A program made the position numbers and the translations under genes. From Nemertoderma westbladi (taxonomy: Eukaryota > Animalia > Xenacoelomorpha), in contig JAUCBJ010001808.1 in NCBI GenBank assembly GCA_032718475.1, positions 1-41,753 on the forward strand: 41,753 nt of DNA, given 5' to 3'. Within the stretch, counting starts at the first letter, position 1. The number at the start of each line of letters is the position of its first letter. Shown piece after piece: positions 23,559 through 34,092 of this stretch. Under the pieces are notes generated by a model. It did not search any database, had not been told where the DNA came from, and was given only the letters and a program-made list of their open reading frames with translations.

Positions 23559-26500
23559 ATGGATAAACAATTGAAATGTCCATTTTGTCCACTTCAAATT
23601 TCTAAACGAAATTATTTAACACATTTGAAATCACATTTTCACGAATTTCATTGTTTTAATTGTCATGTGAAATGTTCACGTGAAGAAATATGCAAACGAC
23701 ATGAATCAACTACGGGATGTAAAGAAATGAAGTTTTACGTGTATGAAAAAACTTGCCCTACTTGTAATAAAGAGTATTTATATGAGAATTATTTACGTCA
23801 CGACTGTCACCAACGTTATTATCATGTTAGACCACAACGGAACCAAAACAATACTGTCGCATCTAGAAAAAGACTGAAATCTGGTCAGGGTCCATCAATT
23901 TTTAGCCTCGAACGAGCCGCACACGATAACCGTTTAGAAATCTATGTTTACAATCTTCCGAATGATGAAGATTTTCCTGATATTCATTCATCGATAGTTC
24001 ATATTCTACCCCACATTAAAAACTTATTATTAGGAAAACTTAGCGAAATGAATGTACTTAGACCCTGGCTAGGTGTGAATATACTCATGTATCGATCACA
24101 TTTTTCAGAGGGAGACCAAGAAGAAACTTTCTATTTTAGTTCTTCAGGTGGTGCAGTTAATACCGTAGATTCACATGAAAGTTTTGACACATGGTTTGAG
24201 TATGTACTAGAAAAATTAATGCAAAAAATAGCCGTGTTTAACACTCGTGGCTCAGGGTGGCGCGTTAAATCTTTATTAAGAGTGGAAATTAAAGTAGCTG
24301 AATCCAAGTGTAGGTCACTGGAATATAAAGGTCACGGTTATATGGAGTTACCTAAGGCTCTATCAGGTAAACAATGTGTTATAAATATACAAACGGCTGA
24401 TAATGATTGTTTCAAATGGGCAATTATAGCCACAAAATTTAGTACCAAAGTGAAAGATCACAAAAACCGTACTTCGCAGTACAAAAATTATATGAGTCAT
24501 TTTATTTTTGACAACGGGAACAAAGATTATCCAACAGAATGGCCGCTTGCAATTAAACTTTTTGAAAAACAGAATTCAGCATATATAATTAATTTATTAC
24601 TCTACGACAACAATCGAGTATCTATATTAAGACAGGCTCCATTTAGTAAAATCACTCCAGATAAAGAGTTATTGAATATATTACTTGTAAAAAATAAGAA
24701 TACGAGTAAACAATCACATTATGTTTGCATAACTAACTTGAATCGTTTGTTGAATACAAGAGGTAAGCATATTGGATGTAGGAAATATTGTGAACGGTGT
24801 TTGGCGCCTTTCTATACCAAGCAAGTTCTAGAACGTCACCGTCTTGCTTGTTATCGAGGAAAAAGTCAAGTTGAGAAGCTACCGTCTGAAAAAAGAACTC
24901 ACATTAGCTTTAGAAATTTAGACAGAAGATTACCAGCATTGTTTGTAATATATTTTGACATAGAATCTATTTTGGAGCCATCCACCAACAGTAAATTTAT
25001 TCAGAATCATATTCCATGCGCTGTAAGTTATTTAATTGTTCCTAGTAGTGAATTAATCAATCCACCAAAATTTTATTTGAAGACCTTTACAAAAACAATC
25101 GACAACAACTGTATTCAAGACTTTTTAGACTCTGTATATAAGGACATCACCCAATTATATAAGTGGTCAGAAGACCACACAAGAGAGAAAATAATACTAA
25201 ATGATGTAGATAAGTTAAGTTTTTGGAAAGCTAAAACTTGCTTTTATTGCAATGTTTTATTTAAGGATAAATCTGAGAAAAACAAACATCACTCACATAT
25301 TACTGGTAACTATATAGCAGCCGCTTGTAACGCGTGTAACCGCTCTTTATCGTTGAAACGACACATGTATATACTCGCTGCACACAACTGCAATCTCTAC
25401 GATTTGCATTTTCTTTTACAAGTTGGTTTTACCAACAATAAATATTCCGATTGGGATATAAAGGTGATCCCTAAAAATTCTGAAAGGTATATTTCACTAA
25501 GCATGCATATACCGGTGAAAGATGAAAAAACTAAGATCGAGCTACGTGTCTTAGACACATATCAATTTTTATCCTTTTCCCTAAGTACTTTAGTTGATTG
25601 TTCAACAAAGGATATAGACAGCGAGGATATAAAATCAGTTCTACCAATTACTGAACAGCAAATGAAATATTTTTATCCGAATTTAAATAATGCAACAATT
25701 AAGCGAAAAGGTATATTTCCCTACGAGTATCTGACAGATTTAAATATATTCAATGATTCGAAATTACCATCAATAGACAAATTTTATAGTAAATTAACAC
25801 AAAATACCTGTACTCCCGAGGAATATAGTTTTGCCAACGCATCATGGAGTCAGTTTGAGTGTTCAAATCTCAAGGATTATCTTTTAGCATACTTAAAACT
25901 CGATGTTTGTCTCCTCGCCGATATATTTGAGAACTTTAGGAGAGTATGTAGACAAAACTACGAATTAGAAGTAGTTTATTATTGCAGTATCGCAGCTTTC
26001 ACTTATGATTGCGCCCTGAAATACAATAAATGTAAGTTAGCATTAATAAAAGATTACCAAACATATAGAGATTTTGAAGCATCTATTAGAGGTGGGGTTT
26101 CATTCTGTCGAAAGCATTACATAGAATCAAATATACCAGATACTGATAATTATGATCCAAGCAAGGAAGAGTGTCATATTTTCAATATAGATTTTAATTC
26201 CTTGTATTCGGGTAATTTAAGTAAAAAGCTACCTGTTTCAGGTTTTGAACAAGTCAACGTTACATATTTAGAGGTTGCCACTCCAGAAGAACTAATAAAA
26301 TATTTGACAAATCTTGATACTGAAGGGGATATTGGGTTTTTCTTAATTTGCGATTTGAAATATCCCAAAGATATTCATGATCGTACATTAGAACTACCCT
26401 TAGCCCCAGAACATTTAAGTATAAATGAGACAATGCTTTCACCATATATGAGGGAACAATATAATCATGTATGTAAACAAAGAGGTACTAATAGCAAGTA

Positions 26501-27572
26501 TAAGATGTGTGCCCCAAAACTTATGTTGACACAATTCGATAAAGAATTCTATCATGTAAATTTGAAACTGTTAAAATTTTATATAAAACAAGATTTAATT
26601 GTTACTAAACTACATAAATTGTATTCTTTCCATCAAGACTTTGTATTTAAACCCTATATAGATTTTAATATTAATCAAAGACGTTTAGCAAAAACGTATA
26701 TTGAAACAGCTGTTGCAAAGCTTCTGAATAATTCGTTATTTGGAAAAACGATTGAAAAAATAAGAGACCGATGCAACTTTCGTATCGCTAATAGCAAAGA
26801 AAAGTGCGACCTATTGGTGAAACGTATAAATCACGAAAATTTCATGATTTATAACGATTCCTTATCGGGTCACTTATTAGTAAAAGACTCTGTAACTCTC
26901 AATAAGCCGGTCTATATAGGTAGTACTGTCTTGGACTTGGCTAAATTGGATATGTATGACTTGTACTATAATAAATTGCTACCTATTGAGAAAGAATTAA
27001 ACTGTCGAATTGAAATTGTAGCATCAGATACGGACTCTTTAATAGGTTGTTACTATAATACATCACAGAATAATTTTTTAAAAGCCTTAATTAAAAATAA
27101 TATTTTAGATACATCCAATTACCCTAAGGATCACCCTCTCTACAGCGATAAAAATAAATCCAGACTCTATTACTGTAAAGACGAACTAGCCTCACGTGAA
27201 ATTAAACAAGCGGTATTTTTAAGACCAAAATTATATTCAATTTTGGAATGGAATGATTCCAATATACGACGGGCGAAAGGAATAACAAGAGCTGTCGTGG
27301 ATAAAAATATTTGCCACAACGATTATTTAAGAGCATATAAACATAACGAAGAAATTTCCAAGGAAACGCACCAATTTCAGAGTCAATTACACAAAGTGTA
27401 CACTGTAGCACGAGATAAGTTTGCTCTCAGCGCATTTGACGATAAACTTTATTGGGTTAATAAAAATCATTCGCTTCCCTGGGGTCACTATCAAACAAAG
27501 GTTGAAAAACCCGTAAAGAAAAACAATATACCTATTTATCGGGAGCCAAACAATGAACTATCAGATAGTTAA
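23559..27572 (+). CDS. polB: Protein-primed family B DNA polymerase (pPolB), 1337 aa, intact
   Basis: Exonuclease motifs YFDIES, AHN..YD, YLKLDV; polymerase motifs IDFNSLY, KLLNNSLFGK, SDTDS; RKGIFPYEY, IRGG; N-terminal zinc fingers, GSGW and OTU-like DNDCFKWA...HY; EndoVII/HNH-like insert. Confidence 0.97.
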   Translation: MDKQLKCPFCPLQISKRNYLTHLKSHFHEFHCFNCHVKCSREEICKRHESTTGCKEMKFYVYEKTCPTCNKEYLYENYLRHDCHQRYYHVRPQRNQNNTVASRKRLKSGQGPSIFSLERAAHDNRLEIYVYNLPNDEDFPDIHSSIVHILPHIKNLLLGKLSEMNVLRPWLGVNILMYRSHFSEGDQEETFYFSSSGGAVNTVDSHESFDTWFEYVLEKLMQKIAVFNTRGSGWRVKSLLRVEIKVAESKCRSLEYKGHGYMELPKALSGKQCVINIQTADNDCFKWAIIATKFSTKVKDHKNRTSQYKNYMSHFIFDNGNKDYPTEWPLAIKLFEKQNSAYIINLLLYDNNRVSILRQAPFSKITPDKELLNILLVKNKNTSKQSHYVCITNLNRLLNTRGKHIGCRKYCERCLAPFYTKQVLERHRLACYRGKSQVEKLPSEKRTHISFRNLDRRLPALFVIYFDIESILEPSTNSKFIQNHIPCAVSYLIVPSSELINPPKFYLKTFTKTIDNNCIQDFLDSVYKDITQLYKWSEDHTREKIILNDVDKLSFWKAKTCFYCNVLFKDKSEKNKHHSHITGNYIAAACNACNRSLSLKRHMYILAAHNCNLYDLHFLLQVGFTNNKYSDWDIKVIPKNSERYISLSMHIPVKDEKTKIELRVLDTYQFLSFSLSTLVDCSTKDIDSEDIKSVLPITEQQMKYFYPNLNNATIKRKGIFPYEYLTDLNIFNDSKLPSIDKFYSKLTQNTCTPEEYSFANASWSQFECSNLKDYLLAYLKLDVCLLADIFENFRRVCRQNYELEVVYYCSIAAFTYDCALKYNKCKLALIKDYQTYRDFEASIRGGVSFCRKHYIESNIPDTDNYDPSKEECHIFNIDFNSLYSGNLSKKLPVSGFEQVNVTYLEVATPEELIKYLTNLDTEGDIGFFLICDLKYPKDIHDRTLELPLAPEHLSINETMLSPYMREQYNHVCKQRGTNSKYKMCAPKLMLTQFDKEFYHVNLKLLKFYIKQDLIVTKLHKLYSFHQDFVFKPYIDFNINQRRLAKTYIETAVAKLLNNSLFGKTIEKIRDRCNFRIANSKEKCDLLVKRINHENFMIYNDSLSGHLLVKDSVTLNKPVYIGSTVLDLAKLDMYDLYYNKLLPIEKELNCRIEIVASDTDSLIGCYYNTSQNNFLKALIKNNILDTSNYPKDHPLYSDKNKSRLYYCKDELASREIKQAVFLRPKLYSILEWNDSNIRRAKGITRAVVDKNICHNDYLRAYKHNEEISKETHQFQSQLHKVYTVARDKFALSAFDDKLYWVNKNHSLPWGHYQTKVEKPVKKNNIPIYREPNNELSDS

Positions 27573-28098
27573 TAAGAATGTAAGTTGCCAGCAAGTGTCA
27601 GTGATTAATTTTAAAGAATTAAAAAATCAATTATCTGGTAAACACATACTCAAACCAAATCAGTTTATATATAAGATATTTGGTGCCACATTATTAATAT
27701 TTAAAAATAGTCGTATTACATTATTAGGCAGTAAGTATAATTTCCAAAAAGTAAAAAAGCATATATTTGATAAAACTAGTATTAATTTGATTTTAAAATC
27801 TGTTAATTTATGTACTTATATTTTTAGTATTAAGTCTGTAGTCTATAGGTTATTGATAAACAATACCGGGTTTTATGTTGTCTTTGATAATGTGCAACTT
27901 CAAGTTATATATGAACCTGAAATTTTTAATAATTGCAAAATAAGAATAAATAATACCGTAGTCATTTGCTGCTTTCATACCGGTAAATGTACTTTAATGT
28001 GTTCACCTAGCAAATTTCACATTTATTACCCTATATTTAGTAAACTTGTTAATTATTTATTAATGTTTGGTGTTGTGACTTTAGGTGTTGGTGATTAG
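27553..28098 (+). CDS. Divergent TATA-binding protein (TBP)-like protein, 181 aa
   Basis: Two TBP-type repeats: IVN.NVS..INFKEL..ATLLIFKNSRITLLGSK (cf. TALIFSSGKMVCTGAK) and YEPEIF..IR..VVICCFHTGKCTL (cf. YEPELFPGLIYR..VLLIFVSGKVVL); size equals the ~180-aa TBP core; overlaps the polB end. Confidence 0.75.
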   Translation: MNYQIVNKNVSCQQVSVINFKELKNQLSGKHILKPNQFIYKIFGATLLIFKNSRITLLGSKYNFQKVKKHIFDKTSINLILKSVNLCTYIFSIKSVVYRLLINNTGFYVVFDNVQLQVIYEPEIFNNCKIRINNTVVICCFHTGKCTLMCSPSKFHIYYPIFSKLVNYLLMFGVVTLGVGD

Positions 28099-28186
28099 AA
28101 GGTAAAAATTAAACATTATTATTTTTCAATCAATCTATCGGTAGTTAGGGAAAACTAACCTCGTTTGAGTAAGTATGACTCTCACA

Positions 28187-29105
28187 GGCTGACTGCGTGC
28201 CTAGCTGCGTGGCTGGCTGGCTGACTACATGACCGACCGCGAGGCTGACTGCGTGCCGCGAGGCTAACTGCGTGACTAGCTGCGAGGGTGGCTGGGTGGC
28301 TGCGAGGTGGACCGCTTCCCAACAGCGTGGCTGACTGCGCGCACATCCGATTGTAACTGGCTCACGATATTGTATACAATGGTTTAGTTTGTTACTGCGG
28401 GTACTGTTACATTAATACTGCGGTACCAGTACTGCAGTACAATGCTAATAAAAGGAAATCAACATGCTGTATCTGACTATACTGTTACAACAACAACAAC
28501 GACAGTACTGCAGTACTGTATTGTTTGAGTAGGTGATCTAATCCCTATATGTGAGAGCCACGCGTGCCTTCTAGGTTATGACAGCAGTATGCTAATCAAG
28601 GTTCGGGTAGACAGCAGTATCCTTATAGGTGAAAAAAAACAAATGCTATTGCATCAGATTACTGCTGTACTGATAAAGTGGATGACAGTTGTGGATAGGA
28701 GCTGCGAGGTTGACCACATCCCCCAGCAGTGTGGCTGACTGCGTACACAACTGATTGTAACTAGCTCACGATATTGTATACATTGACCTAGTTTGTTACT
28801 GCGGGTACTGTTACATTAATACTGTAGTACAGTAGTAGCAGTACTGCGGTACAATGCTAATCAAAGGAAATCAGTATGCTGTATCTGACTATGCTGTTAC
28901 AACAACAACGACAGTACTGCAGTACTGTATTGTTTAGGTAGGTGATCTAATCCCTGTATGTGAGACCCTTGCGTGTAATCCGGATCATGACAGCAGTATG
29001 CTATTGCTTCAGATTACTGCTGTACTGATACCAGCAGACTGTGACTACAGTGATGGAAGAGTAAAACACTACCGGTACTGATAAAGCGGATGACAGTTGT
29101 GGTTA
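28187..29105. repeat. Central non-coding region: GC-rich GGCTGACTGCG-type short repeats and a ~400-bp diverged tandem duplication
   Basis: GCTGCGAGGT at ~28299 and 28701 starts two collinear copies, each with palindrome ACAGTACTGCAGTACTGT (~28502 and ~28911). Confidence 0.85.
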
Positions 29106-29471
29106 GGCCTATAATAAATTATTGAATTTATCAGTACCGGTACCAACAGGTTAACACTACAACCTATACAGTTTATGTTGCATTTCTGACTAATATTACT
29201 AGTCAACTACTGTATGTGTTATTAGTTTGCGATGTATAGGATGTTTCACAATACCAGTACATCTATATTAGAATGATATCGAGAATACTTACTGTACATG
29301 TTACATCTACGTCATATTGTTAAATGTGTATGGTTAACCTAGCGCAATTGACTCTTTTTAGAGAACTTGTTGTAAAAAAATTATATTTTATTATATTTTT
29401 ATATTAACATCAAGATCATCACCAAAATAAAATTATATTATATCCCATCACATTACATGCTTAGAGTAAAC

Positions 29472-30067
29472 CTACAGTACATCTTCCACCGCAGTTATTT
29501 CTTTCTGTTTATCATCATCAGTCGCAGTTAAACGCTTTCTCATGAAAAAGTGTAGCATCTCATACCCTCCAACGCGTTTTGCTGAGCAATACCTCAGACA
29601 GTTATCCTTTGTGTTTAAGTGGAACGCACATTTATTTTCTACTGTAGTAAATCGGTCGTGAAACCGACAAGGAGTTAAATAATCGTGATATTGCTTATAT
29701 ATTCCCAATCTCTCCACCGAATTTGGCGCGAGAACATCGAGTTGGGTATTTAATATTGCCCGCTTCATCAACCCAAATACATGTATATTTTTTTATATTT
29801 TAAATGTCTCTTCATATATTTTTTAAAGTCATCTTGCGAAATGTCCCCATAGTCCCAGGGCAAGTGAGAAGTCATATCCCGTAAATTGTTTACGTGGGCT
29901 GCATCTAATGCTGATAACTTAATATTAGGTGGGCCTTTAATTAAAAACGTCTTTACATTAGTTTTGGTGTAATTAGAATCAAATATAGCAAATTCTTTAA
30001 ATACTACCGGATACTCTTTATTGTCTATCTTATAATATTGAAAATCAACAAAAATAATATTATCCAT
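29472..30067 (-). pseudogene. DEDD/Maelstrom-like RNase H-fold nuclease (~198 aa), frameshifted near 29790
   Basis: IFVDFQ..VFKEFA..FLIKGP..HLPWDYGDI, then in the shifted frame IHVFGLMK..CAFH..YCS (E-C-H-C pattern); the frame switch lies at an A run. Confidence 0.55.
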
Positions 30068-30098
30068 TTTATCTGATAAACAAAAGTTAAATGATTAA

Positions 30099-30554
30099 TT
30101 ACAACGCTTGTTGGTTTATTTTATAATAATTAATAAGCCATTTATATAATATTATTTCATTTATTTCCACATTGTTTGTAAACGCTCTCATTGGATAGAT
30201 TGTGTGAATACGATTTACCAAATAATAAAGACAGTACAGACTGCAAGTGGTCCGCCTAGGGTCTTGAAATTGTTTGCGAGTAGTATGCCATCTTGCGGAA
30301 TTTTTCTCAAGCCATTTTTCGATGCATCTGTTTGGATATTTTGGTCCAAACGAGTCAAATAATTCAGCCTCATTATCTCGTATATATATTGCGATCCAAT
30401 GAATCCCTGGCAGATGCTCTTTATCGGTATTTACTATTAAGCCATAGTCTCTTCGCTTATTATTATTATCTAATTTAGGTAATTTATTACCTGGAAACGC
30501 ACCCAAATAGTGACCACCCACTGGAAACATATCAAGATCCTCTGTAGATAACAT
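30099..30554 (-). CDS. Adenain-like (adenovirus/Ulp1-family) maturation cysteine protease, intact
   Basis: IVNTD..PGIHWIAI, FDSFG and FQ..TTCSLYCLYYL give the His-Asp-Gln-Cys catalytic set. Confidence 0.93.
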   Translation of the reverse strand: MLSTEDLDMFPVGGHYLGAFPGNKLPKLDNNNKRRDYGLIVNTDKEHLPGIHWIAIYIRDNEAELFDSFGPKYPNRCIEKWLEKNSARWHTTRKQFQDPRRTTCSLYCLYYLVNRIHTIYPMRAFTNNVEINEIILYKWLINYYKINQQAL

Positions 30555-30556
30555 AC

Positions 30557-31815
30557 TTAATCGATATGTATTTCTTTCCTGCTATTTAAACTTAATGATT
30601 GATCATAAATATTAAAAACGATTACATTTATGGTTTCAACCAACGGTTCAGCAAATCTTAATTTTAATTGGCCATTAGTATATATCGACGGTTGCGGATC
30701 TCTAACATAGCCGTCGGCAGTTAAGTCCCAGGATAGGATGGGGCAATTACCTAAGTAGGTTTCATGGTCTATATTATTACCTCCATAACCATTAATAAAT
30801 GTATTAATGTTCTTCATTATTTTAGTATACTCAAAAATATATGTTCCATCTGTAAAATTAGGCTCGTATATTACACCACCTACTGGAAGACCGTCTACAA
30901 TCAGTTCCGCGCGTCTAAGGTTAAAATTTTTAAATTTCAAGGGATTGCTAATTAATTCTCCCGAATAAGCGTTATTTGTTATGAAGCCAATAATAACTAA
31001 TTTGGGTTTTTTACCATCAAATATGTTTGTTTGGGTGTAATTTGTGGTTTGAGCGGGAATAGTAAATGTTGTAACCTCCTTTTTTTGAAATTGATATTCA
31101 ATATCGTAACTCTCTAAACCTTTTAGGTGACTGCTTTCTATTACGGGATTAACCTCCATTCTAGGGATTAGGATTTTTATTTCATCTAATTCTAGCCGAA
31201 GATTTGTCACCGCGTTTGCGTTTGGAGTGATTTTAAAAATAAACGAATTTGATACTTTTCTAAAATGCATTCTTAAATCATACCCGGGTTGTATTATTTT
31301 AGTTTCAGTATCAAAATCAATCGTCAATCCACTTACAAATTGCATTTGTTTACTAAAGGCATCGCCAATAGGATGCGCACCGGGATCAATTTCATTTCCG
31401 TGTTCAGATAAAGGCTGATGAAAGCCACCCGCACCCAGTAGCCCATTTTTATCCTCGTAAGTTGTAAATAATAAATTGGATAAGTACGACTTGTAGAAAT
31501 AATGGTTATTGCTATTTTCAACCTGCTTCTCATTAAGGTCTATTTTAATATCACTCCACATAGTTTCAGCGGGGTAATTCAGCATATATATATGGGAGTT
31601 TTCAAGTCGTCTATCCCATCGTACAGTACATTTTGTAATTAATAACGCATCTTGCAGTTTCGTATAGAATTCATTGGATCTCGGTACAAGGAACGTGACT
31701 TCCCTAGACTCACTTCTGAGATTAGATACAGGGTAAATTGTTTCATAATGCTTTGCTTTAAATTCAGTCTGTATTGGCTGTGTAGAAAATAAATCTAATC
31801 CTTAATAATTGACAT
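30557..31815 (-). pseudogene. Double jelly-roll major capsid protein (~419 aa), 1-bp deletion after codon 4
   Basis: ATG at 31815 (MSII), then shifted frame GLDLFSTQPIQT..IYPVS..VTFLVP runs in frame into ORF 30557-31585 with PKLVIIGF, AYSG..NPLKF, WDLTAD and LKLRFAEPL motifs. Confidence 0.9.
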
Positions 31816-31817
31816 TA

Positions 31818-32377
31818 TTAAAAAATACTTTTTTCGCTGTGTTTCAGTTTGCCTTTTATATTTCTTTTTTTACTACGTCGATGATGTATGTTCATAGACA
31901 TTGGTCTAGCGGGTCGCTTTAAATCTCTATAAACTTTTTCTACAACTGACCTTGTTGACGGTTTCATTTTATTTAATGCTTTATTAATAACCGTATTAGC
32001 CTGCTGATGTAAGACCCGCTTACCTTTTGGTATTACGTGTTGTCTCATAAATTTTATGGTAAATGGTAAAGCTTTCTGTAAAACTTTTTTAGCTAATGGC
32101 TTACCAAATTTTTTCAATGTTGATAAAGCGTCTGTAAATATACCTTCTCCGTGTTGATTTGCCCGCATACCTCTACGATAACGTTGAAATCGACGTTGTT
32201 TTAAGTTTGGACCAAATGTGCCAATTTGTTGACCGTAAGGGTCAACTATGAACCACCACGAAAAACAGGGACTTGCGTCGAACCTCTGGTACTTCTTCCA
32301 CCTTTAAAAACAGCAAGATTCGAGTCTGCACCACCATATTGAGGTTTACTGTATCTTTGAAATAAATCAGAATCCAT
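31818..32377 (-). pseudogene. Basic virion core precursor protein with protease-cleavage-type motifs (~186 aa), frameshift near 32250
   Basis: MDSDLFQRYSKPQYGGA..PVFRGG joins IVDPYG..QHGEGIFTDALSTLKKFGKPLAKK (amphipathic helix) and a K/R-rich tail ending in IF; lies between minor and major capsid genes. Confidence 0.7.
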
Positions 32378-32378
32378 T

Positions 32379-33224
32379 TTAATTTATTCGTTTAAAGTGT
32401 AATGTAATAGATGTTGTCCCGTATTCAAAATTCAAATCTTTTCCTTCTTTGTCTGTTATTTCAATATGAATGTATGTTATCTTATATGATTTTTTTACAG
32501 GGATATAATGAATTGTATCCTTGACAAATTCTTTATTTATTACGCTACCATATTTCACGTCATCAGGTATCGCAACACGACGAAGTAAAGCTAAACCAAA
32601 GTCATTAATATATTGATTTTCAATTATATTAGTAGTCACGTACATGTTCGACTTAGGTTCTGGAATAGAATTGGGTGGTTGAGGGCATAAAAATACCATC
32701 TGGTAAGCTTTTTCTCCATTTCCGATAACCTTTATTAAATAACCCTTTATGTTATTTTTCGTCTTCAAAATAATTTTAAAATTTGGATTTAAATTCGCGC
32801 CGAGATTATTTTCAGTAATTCCAAAATAATAGGCTAATTGTTGACCTATAAATAACTCTCGCACAGTTTTCCCTAAAATAAATTGCAACCTATTTTGCTG
32901 AGTATTTTCAACTATTTGTAATTTATCTTTCAACGCCCCCGTGTTAAAATAATCTATAATGTCATTGATACTGTAGAACAAACCGGATGGAAGTGTATCC
33001 TCAAAATTTTTTTTTCCTTTTTTTAATAAAATAACATTCTCTACATTGTTATACATGGACGGCAACGTTGCTAAGTAAAATATACTTTTTATACCTACCA
33101 CCCAGTTTTCGTTTGGGTTTATAGGTAAGGCGCCGTGGAAATTTATCTGATAATTACTAGCGCTATTGCGGGGAAAATCAATTGGACAGGAGTTACTTGG
33201 TAGTCTTACGTAGAATTCATCCAT
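32379..33224 (-). CDS. Minor capsid protein (penton, single jelly roll) 1, intact
   Basis: FYVRLPSNS..FPRNSASNY..WVVGIKSI; MYVTTNIIE..LLRRV; YIPV..IHIEITDKEG..LNF..ITLHFK. Likely ATG at 33224. Confidence 0.9.
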   Translation of the reverse strand: MDEFYVRLPSNSCPIDFPRNSASNYQINFHGALPINPNENWVVGIKSIFYLATLPSMYNNVENVILLKKGKKNFEDTLPSGLFYSINDIIDYFNTGALKDKLQIVENTQQNRLQFILGKTVRELFIGQQLAYYFGITENNLGANLNPNFKIILKTKNNIKGYLIKVIGNGEKAYQMVFLCPQPPNSIPEPKSNMYVTTNIIENQYINDFGLALLRRVAIPDDVKYGSVINKEFVKDTIHYIPVKKSYKITYIHIEITDKEGKDLNFEYGTTSITLHFKRIN

Positions 33225-34092
33225 CACTGCCACCCCGTATTAACTTAAGTGTTATAACAGTGCGACCTCCGCTGAAGTTAATTAATTCGCCTTGACCGTC
33301 ACGTAAAGTAATTAAGATTGTTTTTAGTTTTTTATTCAACAACGGGTAATAGCAAATGCTCTCGTATTCGTGATTAATATATTTTCAATTTAATTGCGTT
33401 AAAGGGCCTCAGGTTCTTAAGAGCGGAGCTAAAGCGTCACCAACAATTGAGCTCTTAATAATATCTGTATATATAAAGATAGTGTCTTTATTACGTGTTA
33501 TATTCGTGGGAGCTGGAAAATCTAAAATGCCAATTTCCGAAATTTTTGGTCCGCTATAATTTAAAATTAATATTGGCTGTTCTATATTGCTTAATTCATC
33601 TACTGTAGTGGTACTGTATATATCCCAATTCGGAATATCCAGATGATTCCGATCCAATAACGGTTTTAAGCCTAGAATTTGTATTAAATCACCACGTAGA
33701 CTTAATTGTATTTTTTTCAACTTTTTAGGAAATTTAAATTTAATTCTAGAATTATTTGTATTAAAAATGAATTCGAAATCTCTATATTTCGCTTCAGAAT
33801 TAAACAGTTTATTTATATCATCAATAATCACTTGAATAGAGTTATGCATACCAGGAAATAAACTATATAATTTGGCATCTTTTGCATCTACCCCGATTGA
33901 CAGCGAGATTTGAGTTTGCAGCGTAATATTATTGTATGTTGCTTGGTATTAAAGCTCGGCAAGCCCAATTTTAGCGTTTGAACCAATATATAATTCTTCG
34001 ACTAAATCAACAGTAAACTCGCTAGGATTATTATTGGGGTAAGTGTTTAATGAGCTATCTGAAAGTAGAGTGATATATGTATCTGTGACCAT
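33217..34092 (-). pseudogene. Minor capsid protein (penton) 2, with premature stop(s) and possible frameshift
   Basis: MVTDTYITLLSDSSLNTYPNNNPSEFTVDL..IGLAEL* (TAA at 33951-33949); IFIYTDII..IVGDALAPLLR; YYPL..ILITLRDGQGELINF..ITLKL. Confidence 0.85.

Noticed and set aside
26174-27411. Short antisense ORFs within polB (similar ones lie within the MCP, protease and integrase genes)
   Set aside because: Shadow ORFs of real genes with no motifs.
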